Of a stretch of 64,000 nucleotides of DNA, positions 33,182 through 43,877 are shown piece after piece. Origin of the DNA: an uncultured Acidobacteriota bacterium (GTDB taxonomy: Bacteria > Acidobacteriota > Vicinamibacteria > Vicinamibacterales > UBA2999); the NCBI GenBank assembly GCA_963707825.1, contig CAVPRP010000011.1, forward strand, positions 524,858-588,857, in the 5' to 3' direction. Below the pieces are notes generated by a model. That model was given only the letters and a program-made list of their open reading frames with translations. It did no database searches and had not been told where the DNA came from. The position numbers and the translations under genes are program-made. Each line of letters begins with the position of its first letter. Within the stretch, counting starts at the first letter, position 1.

Positions 33182-33358
33182 ACACTGTCCTTTCGGGAAC
33201 CCCGGCGCCGATCGCCGGCGGGTTTCTCCACGGTAAGGGCCGGACGCTGTCTGCACCATGCGCATCCATCCGATTTGCATTGCCGGGAGTCCACCAACGC
33301 GCGCGGCATGGCAGGGAGTCCGCCATGCGTTGCTCGCGCGTCCTCGCCTGGTGCGTGC

Positions 33359-34360
33359 ATGAGGACTGACGTCCTGTCCGATGTGCTGCGGGCGGTGCGG
33401 CTCACGGGCGCGGTCTATTTCGATTTCGAGCTGAGCTCGCCCTGGGTGGCCGAGGCGCCGCCGTCGAGCCAGCTTGCCCCGCAGGTGATGCCGGGCGCGC
33501 AGCGCGTGATCGAGTATCACGTGATCGCCCGCGGCGCGTGCTGGGGCCACGCCGTCGGTCAGGAGCCGATCCGCCTGCGCGAGGGCGATCTGATCGTGTT
33601 CCCGCAGGGCGATCCGCACGTCATGTCGAGCGCCCCTGGCATGCGCGCCGCGCCCGACATGTCGCAATACGCCAGAGGCTCGACGCCGCTGCCGCTGGTG
33701 TACGAGCTTGGTGGCGGCGGCGCCGATCGGGCGCGGGTTGTGTGCGGGTTCCTGGGTCTCGACGAGCGCCCCTACAATCCGCTCCTCACGGCGCTGCCAC
33801 CGATGATTCACCTGGCCGCGGACGACCCGCAGGCGACGCCCGGATGGTTGAGCACGCTGTTGCAGATGGCCGTCTCGGAGTCCGGACGCGCGCGTGCCGG
33901 AGGCGAGAACATCCTGTCGCGGCTGTCGGAGCTGATGTTCGTCGAAGTGGTCCGCCGCCATATCGAGAATCTGCCGGCGGCACAGAGCGGGTGGCTCGCC
34001 GGGCTCCGCGATCCGATCGTCGGCCAGGCCCTGTCCGCGTTGCATGGCGACCCGCGCGAGGCGTGGACGGTGGAGAGCCTGGCCAGGACTGTCGGTGCGT
34101 CTCGCTCGGCCCTGGCCGAGCGCTTCACCACGATGGTCGGGCAGCCGCCGATGCAATACCTGGCGCTGTGGCGAATGCAGCTCGCTTCACGGCTGCTCGC
34201 CGATGGTCACACGGTTTCCGCGGTGTCCGACCGAGTCGGCTACGAATCGGAGGCGGCGTTCAGCCGCGCCTTCAAGAAGATCGTCGGCCAGGCGCCATCA
34301 ACGTGGCGCAGCCGGCCCCGTCCACCAGATGACGTTGCGCTCGAAAGGAGTCCGGCATGA
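33359..34360 (+). CDS. AraC family regulator with N-terminal cupin
   Basis: DVLSDVLRAVRLTG, YHVIARG, WTVESLA...SRSALAERF, VGYESEAAFSRAFKK; divergent from the methyltransferase. Confidence 0.93.
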   Translation: MRTDVLSDVLRAVRLTGAVYFDFELSSPWVAEAPPSSQLAPQVMPGAQRVIEYHVIARGACWGHAVGQEPIRLREGDLIVFPQGDPHVMSSAPGMRAAPDMSQYARGSTPLPLVYELGGGGADRARVVCGFLGLDERPYNPLLTALPPMIHLAADDPQATPGWLSTLLQMAVSESGRARAGGENILSRLSELMFVEVVRRHIENLPAAQSGWLAGLRDPIVGQALSALHGDPREAWTVESLARTVGASRSALAERFTTMVGQPPMQYLALWRMQLASRLLADGHTVSAVSDRVGYESEAAFSRAFKKIVGQAPSTWRSRPRPPDDVALERSPA

Positions 34361-35070
34361 CACAGGCGTCTCGACCCGAGCCGAACATGCGGTGGCTGGC
34401 TGTCGCGGCCGGGGTGGCCGCGGGTGTTTACGGTGCCTACGTGGGCCTCACGTGGTCACGGTATGGGAACCCCGCCCGCCCCGATCCCGAGGAAGACGAC
34501 CCACTGCTCGATCACTTCATGCCGAGTTACGAGGTGGTGGAGCGGCATCAGGTGCCGGTGAACGCGCCGGCGGCGGTGACGCTCCAGGTCGCCCGCGACA
34601 TCGACCTGTTCAACCTGCCGGCGGTGCGCGCGATCTTCAAGGGACGCGAGCTCCTGCTGGCCAGCGCTCCGGCCGCGCGTCCGCCGTCGCGCGGCATGTT
34701 GGCCGCGGTGCAGGAGCTGGGCTGGGTAATGCTGGCCGAGGAACCGGGGCGCGAAGTGGTGATGGGCGCGGTGACGAAGCCGTGGGAACCCAACCCGGTG
34801 TTCCGGCCGGTGCCGCCGGACCAGTTCCGGGCGTTTGCCGAGCCTGGCTACGTGAAGATCCTCTGGAACCTGCGCGCGGATCCGACGAGCCGCTCGTCCT
34901 CGATCTTCCGCACGGAGACGCGCGCCGTCGCCACCGACGCCAGTGCGCGATCGCGCTTCCGCACCTACTGGGCGTTCCTCTCGCCCGGCATCTACCTGAT
35001 TCGCTGGTTGTCCCTGGGGCCCCTCAAGGCGCAGGCCGAGCGATCGCCGCGGCCGCGCCTTGCCACCTGA
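34357..35070 (+). CDS. Membrane-anchored hypothetical protein
   Basis: ATGA overlap with AraC; N-terminal TM; LLDHFMPSYEVVERH, TETRA...FRTYW. Confidence 0.7.
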   Translation: MTQASRPEPNMRWLAVAAGVAAGVYGAYVGLTWSRYGNPARPDPEEDDPLLDHFMPSYEVVERHQVPVNAPAAVTLQVARDIDLFNLPAVRAIFKGRELLLASAPAARPPSRGMLAAVQELGWVMLAEEPGREVVMGAVTKPWEPNPVFRPVPPDQFRAFAEPGYVKILWNLRADPTSRSSSIFRTETRAVATDASARSRFRTYWAFLSPGIYLIRWLSLGPLKAQAERSPRPRLAT

Positions 35071-35147
35071 CGGCGCTGCAGACCCATAGCCGAGCCGCGC
35101 GAGATCCTGCTGGTGCACAGGCAGGACTCATCGCAGAATAGGTGGCA

Positions 35148-37656
35148 ATGGTTCCGACCTTTCTCGCCGGAGGCGGCGAGTGCGGTGCCCTGGTGCGCGC
35201 GTTTCCATGGTCCACGACCGCCGTCGGGCCGGTGGAGACCTGGCCCGCCAGCCTGAAGACCACGGTCGGCACCCTGTTGCACTCCCGCCATCCGATGTTC
35301 CTGTGGTGGGGGCCGGATCTCATCCAGTTCTACAACGACGCCTACGTACCGAGTTTCGGCGACGGGCAAGCATCCGGCAGCCATGGGGCAGCCGGGCGCT
35401 GAATGCTGGCAGGAGATCTGGCCGATCATCTGGCCGCAGATCGACGAGGTGATGCGCCACGGCACACCCAGCTGGAACGAGGATCACCTCGTGCCCATCT
35501 ACCGCAACGGGCGGATCGAAGAGGTGTTCTGGACCTACGGCTACTCGCCGGTCTTCGACGACGATGGCCGGATCGGCGGCACGCTCGTGGTCTGCACGGA
35601 AACCACCACCCGCGTGCTGGCCGAGCGCCGTCTCGATTCGCTGCGCCGGCTGGCCGAGACGGCGTCGCTCGCCACGAATGCCGGGGCCGTCATCGAGGCG
35701 TCGGCCGACGCCCTGTCCGCCTCGGAACGGGACGTGGCGTTCGCGTTGTTCTACCAGGCGGTCAGCGCCGGCCCTCCGCGCCTGCTTCGGTCGCTTGGCG
35801 TGCCCGACGATGCGCTCGAGCGCATTGACGAGGCGTGCCGTCGCGAACTCGAGACGTTGACCGATGCCGGCGCCACGCGGGCGATGCCGCCGGATGTCAG
35901 GGTGGCCAGCGGCTGGCCCGAGCCGGTTTCGAACCTGTTCGTTGCGCCGATCGGGGCCGGCGCCGATCGCCCGACTGGGTTCGTGGCCTTCGGCCTGAGC
36001 CCGCGACTGCCGTTCGACAGGCAGTATCGCGAGTACCTCGTCCAGATTGCGCAACAGATCACGCACACGCAGGCTCGCATCGAGGCGTTTCACGTGCGGG
36101 CCGTCGCCGAGAGCGAGCGCAACAACCTGCTGGAGCAGGCGCCGGTGGCGACGGCGTTGATGACCGGGCCGCGGCATGTGTTCCAGCTCGCCAATCCCCT
36201 CTTCCTCCAGATCGTCGGCCGCCGCGACATCGTCGGCCAGGCCTATCTCGACACCTTCCCGGAGCTGCGGGGGAGTGCGTTGCCCGGCATCCTCGATCAC
36301 GTCTACCGCACGGGGGAGCCGTTCACGACCGACGAAATGCTGATTCCGCTCGATCGCGACTTCACGGGCGTGATCACCGAGTGCTTCTTCAAGTTCAACC
36401 TCGCGCCGATGAGGAACGCCGCCGGCGAGGTCTACGGCATGATGGCCGTCGCCGTCGACATCACGCCGCAGGTGGTGGCGCTGCGCAGCGTGAAGCACGC
36501 GCACGCGGAGCGTGAACAGTTGCTGGGGGAACTGCAGTCGGCCAGCCGGGCCAAGGACGAGTTCCTGGCGATGCTCGGACACGAGCTGCGGAATCCGCTG
36601 TCGCCGATCCTCACCGCACTGCAACTGATGACGCTGCGCGGGATCACCGGCGCGGAAAAGGAACGCGAGATCATCGAGCGCCAGGTGAAGCATGTGGTCG
36701 GCCTGGTGGACGATCTGCTGGACGTCTCGCGGATCACCCGCGGGATGATGGAACTGAAGCGCACGCGCGTGCGGCTGGCCGACGCCGTGGCGAGGGCGAT
36801 CGAGCAGGCGAGCCCGCTCGTCGAGCAGCGCCGGCACAGCCTTCACGTCGACGTGCCTTCCGATCTCTACGTCGACGGCGACAGCAGCCGCCTGTCGCAA
36901 GTGGTGGCGAACCTGCTGAACAACGCCGCGAAGTACACCGAGCCCGAAGGGATCATCTTCGTCCACGCCGAGCGGCTGGACGACACCGTGCGGCTCTACG
37001 TCCGCGACAGCGGGATCGGCATCGACCCCAGCCTGCTGCCGCACTTGTTTGACGCGTTCGCCCAGGAACGGCAACGGAGCGATCGGTCCCAGGGCGGCCT
37101 GGGACTGGGGCTCGCCATCGTGCGAAGCCTGGTCGAGGCCCACGGCGGATCGGTGACGCTCCACAGCGAGGGACATGGCCGCGGAACCGAGTGCATCGTC
37201 GAGCTGCCGAGCGCGAGCGCCCTCGCGGCGCCGGCCGAGATGCCCGCCTCGGGATATGCCACGGCGACAGCCAATGGCTGTCGCGTGTTGCTCGTGGACG
37301 ACAACGAAGATGCCGCCGAGATGCTGGCCCTGTCTCTGGCGGCTCTCGGCCATCACGTGGAGATGGCGTTCGACGCCCCCGAGGCGCTGGACCTGGCCCG
37401 GCGCTACGTGCCGGACGTGGCGCTGCTGGACCTCGGCCTGCCGGTCATCGACGGCTACGAACTGGCGAGCCGCCTGCGGCAGCAGGACGGCTGGCAGCAC
37501 GTGCGGTTCGCCGCGCTCACCGGATACGGCCAGCCGGTTGACCGCGCCCGCACCGCGAAGGCCGGCTTCGACGTGCACCTGGTGAAGCCGATCGATCTGC
37601 GCGAACTGGACCGCACCATCCGTCGCCTGCCGGCCTCGAAAAGCGACCGCGGCTAG
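35148..37656 (+). CDS. Hybrid sensor histidine kinase/response regulator (PAS/GAF); frameshift near 35365
   Basis: WPASLKT, FYNDAY, KDEFLAMLGHELRNPL, NLLNNAAKYT, DSGIGI, GLGLGL, receiver LLVDDNED...LDLGLP...KP. Confidence 0.92.
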
Positions 37657-37665
37657 GGGGCAGCC

Positions 37666-38402
37666 ATCTATCCCATCCTGTTTCGGATCGGCACCTTCGA
37701 GGTCACCAGCTTCGGGGTGCTCGTCGCGATCGGCGCGATCGTCGGCCTGTGGCTGTTCGAGCGCGAACTGCGCCGCACCGGACTTCCGTCCAGCGCCATC
37801 GACGCGGGGTTTGCCGGAGTGATTGGCGGACTGGCTGGCGCGAAGCTGCTATGGGTGACGGAGCACGCCAGTGAGGCGCCGATCGCGCAACTCCTGCTGT
37901 CGCGCGGCGGCATGAGCTGGTTCGGCGGCTTCGCCGGCGGTGTCGTCGCCGGACTGGTGTTGATGCGGCGTCGCCGGTTGCCCATCACCGCCGTACTCGC
38001 GGCCGCCACCCCTGGCCTGGCGGTCGGGCACGCCATTGGCCGAATCGGCTGCTTCCTGGTCGGCGACGACTACGGCCGGCCGAGCGACCTGCCCTGGGCG
38101 GTGGCCTTCCCCGAAGGCCTGCCTCCAACCAACGTTCCTGTTCACCCCACGCAGTTGTACGAAGCGGCGGCCCTGATCCCGATCGCGTGGCTGCTCCTGC
38201 GCTGGCGGCGCGACGGGCGGGCTGACCGTTCGGTGCTCGGCGCGTACTTCGCCATGGCTGGAACGTTGCGCTTCGCGATCGAGTTCCTGCGGGTGAACAC
38301 GCGGGTGCTGGGTCCGCTGACGGTGGCGCATCTCGCATCGCGGCAGTGGCCCTCGTCGGCCTGGCGCTCCTCGCCGGAGCGCGCGCGTCCGATCGGAATT
38401 GA
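37666..38402 (+). CDS. lgt: Prolipoprotein diacylglyceryl transferase; start codon reads ATC; frameshift near 38340
   Basis: YPILFRIG, GGMSWFGG, IGRIGCFLVG, HPTQLYE, RFAIEFLR. Confidence 0.85.
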
Positions 38403-38471
38403 CCAAGGTCAGGCAGCTCGCGCGGCGGATGGCATGCTCCGCCCACAACGCCGGGCCGGAGGAGATCGAAC

Positions 38472-38648
38472 TCAGGCCCGGAACCGGGAGGCGATGAAAC
38501 CGACGATGGCGATCACCAGCACCACACCGATGACTCCCACCCACATGCCCGCCTGAAAGATGTCGCCGATGGCCTGGCATCCGGCTCCAGTGAGTCCGAG
38601 CAGTACCAGCATCAGCAGGGGAACCACGCTCGCGAATCGGAAGGCCAT
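38472..38648 (-). CDS. Small putative lipoprotein/membrane peptide
   Basis: Hydrophobic leader, GAG-C, then CQAIGDIFQAGMWVG and a TM helix; AAGGAG RBS. Confidence 0.7.
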   Translation of the reverse strand: MAFRFASVVPLLMLVLLGLTGAGCQAIGDIFQAGMWVGVIGVVLVIAIVGFIASRFRA

Positions 38649-38870
38649 ACACACTCCTTACACGGCGTTGCCGTTGCGGAGGTGAGTGCAAGCCATGTGC
38701 CCGCCTTTCCGGCTGAACCGTACCGACTACCGCTTGACCCCTGCCGTCGCTAGTGCATCTAATGCAGGCCTCGTAATCACTTACAGGATGAAGATGCACT
38801 TTGTTCTGGCAGTTCGTTTGCAGCCGCCCTCGCGACTGCTGCCCCCTATTCAAATTTCCAGGAGATCACC

Positions 38871-39967
38871 ATGCGCGTGTTCGTTCGACAGATAGCTACG
38901 ACGATGATGATGGTCGCGCTTGCGGGCGGGTTTGCCACCCTCGGCGCACAGCAGCTTCCGACCGTGATGGCCCAGGGATTGGACAACCCCCGCGGCATTG
39001 CGTTTGGCCCCGATGGGATGCTCTACGTGGTCGAAGCCGGCCGCGGCGGCACCAGTACCTTGTGCCTGCCGAACACGGCCGGACCTGGCACACGGTGCTA
39101 CGGGGCCAGCGGCGCGGTGACCCGCATCACCAGCCCCGGTGTGCATCAGCGGGTGCTGACCGGTCTGCCGTCGCTCGCCGTCCCCAGCGGAGCAGAGGCC
39201 ACCGGCCCGCAGGACATCGCGTTCGGCTTCGGCCGCGCCTTCATCACTGTCGGCTCCGGCGGCGATCCCGCCTTGCTGGCGCCGTTCCGCGCGCAGAACA
39301 TCAACTTCGGCCGTCTGCTGCAGGTCTCGCTGCAGGGCGTGATCACGCCGCTCGTCGACGTGGCGCAGTACGAAACCGACCAACAACCCCGAGCCGACGA
39401 ATGCTCGACTCGAACGCGTTCGGCCTCGAGATTCTCTCGAATCGCGCCGTCATGACCGACGCCGGCGGCAACACGCTGCTGCAGGTGGACCCCAACCTGA
39501 CCATCTCCACCCTCGCGGTGTTCCCGCCTCGCAACGTGATTGGACCGGGCGGTGCGACGGTCCCAATGGAGACCGTGCCGACCTCGATTGCTCAGGGACC
39601 GGATGGCAGCTTGTATGTGGGCGAGCTGACCGGCTTCCCGTTCCCGGTCGGGGGCGCGCGCGTCTACCGGGTGCCGGCCAACGGCGGGACACCGGTAGTG
39701 GTGGCCGAAGGCTTCACCAACATCATCGACATCGCGATCGGCGCCGACGGCGCCGCCTACGTGCTCGAGCACGACGCCAACAGCCTGCTCGCGCCGGGCA
39801 ACGTGGGCCGACTCACGAAGATCGGGCCGTTCGGGTCGCGCACCGAGCTGGCAGCGGGCCAGTTGTTCGCGCCCGGCAAGATGGCGATTGGCCCCGACAA
39901 CGCCATCTACGTGACGGTCAACGCCTCGTCCGCTGGCATTGGCGGAGTGCTGCGCATCGCGCAGTAA
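38871..39967 (+). CDS. ScyD/ScyE-like secreted beta-propeller protein; frameshift near 39390
   Basis: GLDNPRGIAFGPDG.LYVVEAG, DAGGNTL, VPTSIAQGPDGSLYVGELTGFPF, GFTNIIDIA. Confidence 0.85.
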
Positions 39968-39982
39968 CGACCCGGCTTCGAA

Positions 39983-40021
39983 GACGGTGCCTGCCAGTCA
40001 GTCGACCTGGTGGGCACCGTC
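39983..40021. terminator. Hairpin between convergent genes
   Basis: GACGGTGCC ... GGCACCGTC inverted repeat; no clear U-tract. Confidence 0.4.
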
Positions 40022-40040
40022 GTTCGGCCCTCGCGCCGGT

Positions 40041-40241
40041 TTACTTCTTCATCAGCAGGACCGCGCCAGCCACCAGGGCCACTGCGCCGGCCAGGGGGGG
40101 AATCGGCAGACTCTCGTGCTTGTCCGCGGTGATCTCAATCGGACCCGCGTCCACGACCTTGTCCTTGCGCGTCCACGAAAATCCCCCGTACAGAAGTCCG
40201 ATCAAGCCGAGCGCGATGAGCAGCACGCCAAGTGGTCTCAT
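40041..40241 (-). CDS. Small two-TM membrane protein (DUF3185-like)
   Basis: MRPLGVLLIALGLIGLLYGGFSWT...VVDAGPIEIT...PIPPLAG; GAGGAG RBS. Confidence 0.8.
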   Translation of the reverse strand: MRPLGVLLIALGLIGLLYGGFSWTRKDKVVDAGPIEITADKHESLPIPPLAGAVALVAGAVLLMKK

Positions 40242-40457
40242 AGTGTGTGGTCTCCTCAACCGTCCTGCTGAGTAGCAAGACGGCGGCCATCAGGAAGAGC
40301 CACAAACCCGGCCGTAGTGGGAACCGCATTGCTACTAAGTGGCAACGGGCTGGATGGCAGCGTACTGACCTACGAACCCGCCCGCCAGGGCTCCGTGCAG
40401 TTCTGTGACAGAATCCGCGCCATACCGGCGCAGTCATGCCGTCCTCAGGAGCATTCG

Positions 40458-42416
40458 ATGAGAAAAAGGGCGCTCGCGGCGGTCCTCGGTTTGTTGTTGT
40501 GCATGTCGGCGCCACCCTCGGCGCAGACGGGCGGCGTCGCCGCACCCCAGTATCCCGGGATGCCGAGCGAGATCCCGACCCGATTCGAGGCGGTCAGGGA
40601 CAGCTTCGATTACACGCGGCGGGACGTGATGATCCCGATGCGCGACGGCGTCAGGCTGCACACCGTGATCCTGGTGCCGAGGAACGCCAACGGCGCGCCG
40701 ATGCTGCTGACGCGAACTCCCTACGATGCGACGGCGTTGACCTCGCACGCGCACAGTGCCCATCTCGGCCCGATCCTTGACGGCTACGACAACGCCACGG
40801 ACGTCATCGTCGACGGCGGCTATATCCGCGTGGTCCAGGACGTCCGGGGGAAGTATGGGTCGGAGGGCGACTATGTGATGAACCGCCCGCTGAGCGGACC
40901 GCAGAATCCCACTCCAGTGGATCACGCCACCGACACCTACGACACCATCGATTGGCTCGTCAAGAACGTGCGGGAGAGCAACGGCAAGGTCGGGATCCTC
41001 GGCATCTCCTACGACGGGTTTCTCCCGCTGATGGCGCTGGTCAACCCACACCCGGCGCTCAAGGTGTCGGTGCCGATGAACCCGATGGTGGACGGTTGGA
41101 TGGGCGACGACTGGTTCCACAACGGGGCCTTTCGCCAGCAGATGATGCCCTACATGTACGAACAGGCCGCCACCCGCAGCAATGACGCGCCCTGGTGGAC
41201 CAGTCACCACGACGACTACGACATGTTCATGCAGGCGGGATCGGCCGGCGAACTGGGGCGGCTGCGCGGGCTCGACCAGATCGGCTTCTGGCGCAAGCTC
41301 GTCGAGCATCCAGCCTACGACGCGTTCTGGCGCGATCAGGCGGTGGACAAGGTGCTGGCGGCCCGGCCACTCGGCGTGCCCGTCATGATCGTGCACAGCC
41401 TCTGGGACCAGGAGGACATCTACGGCGCCCTGGCCGTCTACAAGGCGATCGAGCCGAAGGACTCGGCGAACGACAAGGTGTTCCTGGTCATCGGGCCGTG
41501 GCGGCACGGGCAGGAAATCGCCGATGGCAGCGCGCTCGGCGCCGTGCGGTTCAACAGCGACACCGCGTTGCACTTCCGTCGTGAGATCCTGCGGCCGTTC
41601 CTCGACCACTACCTGAAGGACGATTCGCCGGCGGCCGATGTTGCCCCGGTCACGGCTTTCGAAACGGGCACGAACACGTGGCGCCGCCTGTCGGCCTGGC
41701 CCTCGGGATGTCCGAGCGGTTGCACCGTGACGCCGACGCCCCTCTACCTGCGGGCCGGGCAGGGCCTGGCTTTCGATGCGCCAGGAAGCGGCGACGCCGC
41801 CTTTCAGGAGTACGTGTCGGATCCAGCCAAGCCGGTGCCGTACCGGTCGCGCCCGAACCTCGCGATCAGCGCCAACGGCTCGACCTGGGCGCAGTGGCTC
41901 GTCGACGATCAACGTGAGGCCTCCGGCCGCCCGGATGTGACCTCGTTCGTCTCCGACGTGCGGACCACGCCGCTCAAGATCAGCGGCCAGCCCGTCGTCA
42001 ATCTCGTGGCGTCGACCAGCGGCACGGACAGCGATTGGGTGGTCAAACTGATCGATGTCTACCCTGACGAAGTGGCGGGGCAGCCGGGGATGGGCGGCTA
42101 TCAGCTGATGGTTTCAGCCGATATCTTCCGCGGTCGTTATCGCGAGAGCGTTGCGACGCCGCAGGCGGTCACGCCAGATGCGGCGCTGAAGTACACCTTT
42201 GCGCTGCCGACCGCGAACCATGTCTTCCTGCCGGGACACCGCCTGATGGTCCAGGTGCAGTCGTCGTGGTTTCCGCTCTACGATCGCAACCCCCAGACTT
42301 TCGTGCGGAACATCTTCTTTGCGAGACCGGGCGATTATCGGAAAGCCGTGCAGCGGATCTATCACGCGCCGGGCCAGGCGAGTTTCGTCGAGATCCCGAT
42401 CGTGAAGACACCCTGA
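40458..42416 (+). CDS. CocE/NonD family hydrolase (alpha-amino acid ester hydrolase/glutaryl-7-ACA acylase-like), secreted
   Basis: IPMRDGVRL, RTPY, QDVRGKYGSEG, GISYDG nucleophile, DQED, GPWRH, QSSWFPLYDRNPQTF. Confidence 0.93.
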   Translation: MRKRALAAVLGLLLCMSAPPSAQTGGVAAPQYPGMPSEIPTRFEAVRDSFDYTRRDVMIPMRDGVRLHTVILVPRNANGAPMLLTRTPYDATALTSHAHSAHLGPILDGYDNATDVIVDGGYIRVVQDVRGKYGSEGDYVMNRPLSGPQNPTPVDHATDTYDTIDWLVKNVRESNGKVGILGISYDGFLPLMALVNPHPALKVSVPMNPMVDGWMGDDWFHNGAFRQQMMPYMYEQAATRSNDAPWWTSHHDDYDMFMQAGSAGELGRLRGLDQIGFWRKLVEHPAYDAFWRDQAVDKVLAARPLGVPVMIVHSLWDQEDIYGALAVYKAIEPKDSANDKVFLVIGPWRHGQEIADGSALGAVRFNSDTALHFRREILRPFLDHYLKDDSPAADVAPVTAFETGTNTWRRLSAWPSGCPSGCTVTPTPLYLRAGQGLAFDAPGSGDAAFQEYVSDPAKPVPYRSRPNLAISANGSTWAQWLVDDQREASGRPDVTSFVSDVRTTPLKISGQPVVNLVASTSGTDSDWVVKLIDVYPDEVAGQPGMGGYQLMVSADIFRGRYRESVATPQAVTPDAALKYTFALPTANHVFLPGHRLMVQVQSSWFPLYDRNPQTFVRNIFFARPGDYRKAVQRIYHAPGQASFVEIPIVKTP

Positions 42417-42541
42417 GGTGGGCGCCGCATCTCGCGGGAGTTGTGGTACGCACCAGCTCCGCTCGCTTGGGGATTGATCTGTCAGACTATTGACTGCCAG
42501 ACGTAATGGCCCAAGCACGGCTGGTGGCCCAGGAGACTGCA

Positions 42542-43811
42542 ATGAAACGACTAGTGATCATCGGCACCGTCGCCGGACTGGCAATCTGTCCGGCGTACTG
42601 ATGGCCCAGACGCCGCCTGCAGGTCGCGGCAACGCGCGCCGCTCGCCGTTCCTTCGAGAAGTTCACGGTCGAAGGCCAGCCGATCGACAAGCGTCCCCCG
42701 GAACTGGATACCGATCATCCGGTCTTTCCGGGGCAGACGCATGCGCCCTATCACAAGACGACGGACGTCGCGGTCACGACCATCGCCAGCGGCCTGGACA
42801 ACCCCTGGGCGGTCGCGCTACTACCCAGCGGCCGGTTTCTCGATCACGGAAAAGCCGGGCCGCCTCCGCATCCTCAACAAGGACGGTTCGGCCCTGCATA
42901 CCATCACCGCGAACATGCCGCCGGTGTATTTCCGCGGCCAGGCGGGCCTCCTCGACGTCGCGCTGGATCGGAACTTCGCGAGCAACCACAGAATCTTCTT
43001 CGTCTACATGCGCATCGTCGACGCTGAGACGTGCGTCCAGGCGATCGACAGTGCCACGCTGGATGAGGACGCGGGCACGCTCTCGAACGTGCAGACCATC
43101 TTCCAGGGCACCCCGTTCACCAACAGAGCGGTGAGCCAGACCGGTTCTCGCATCGCCATCGATCCGAAGGACGGCAATCTGTTCGTCGCGATTGGCGACC
43201 GATCGACTGGCGATCCGCTTCCGATGCAGGCGCAGCAAACCGACAAGTACCTGGGCAAGGTGATCCACATCACACCGGAAGGAAAGCCGGCGCCCGGCAA
43301 TCCGTCGCTCGGCCTGCCGGAAGTGTGGTCGATGGGTCATCGCACGCCTCAGGGGTTGACCTTCGCGCCCGACGGACGGCTGTGGGAAGTCGAACATGGT
43401 CCGCGCGGCGGCGATGAGCTGAATCTGATCGAGAAGGGCAAGAACTACGGTTGGCCGGTGATCGTGCACGGCATCAACTATCCCGGCACGAAGATCGGCG
43501 ACGCCATTGTCGAGAAGCCGGGGCTGGAGCAGCCGCGGTATTACTGGGATCCGGTCATCGCGCCGTCCGGCCTGGTCTTCTATCGGGGCGACCTCTTCCC
43601 GCAGTGGAAGACCAGCGTGCTCGTGGGTGGCCTGGCCGGCCAGGCGATTTTCCGTCTGGAGCTGGGCAAGGACGATAAGGTCGTCAACGAGGAAGCGCTG
43701 CTGACGGATCTCAACGAGCGGATCCGCGACGTGCGCGTCTTTCAGGACGGCGCGGTCTATGTGCTGACCGACGGTGCCGGCGGCAAGCTGCTGAAGCTGA
43801 CGCCGAAATAA
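42542..43811 (+). CDS. PQQ-dependent sugar dehydrogenase (GSDH/YliI family); frameshifts in the 5' part
   Basis: GLDNPWAV, TEKPGRLR, GQAGLLDVALD, GHRTPQG, EHGPRGGDELN, NYGWP, IAPSG, RIRDVR. Confidence 0.9.
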
Positions 43812-43877
43812 TGCGCTCGCCGGCGCCCGCCTGCACGAACAGCGGACGCCGGATATCACTGAAACCTGGCCCCCTGG

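Noticed and set aside
38871-39967. Scytonemin biosynthesis
   Set aside because: Only a lone ScyD/E-like propeller is present; no scyABC-like genes.
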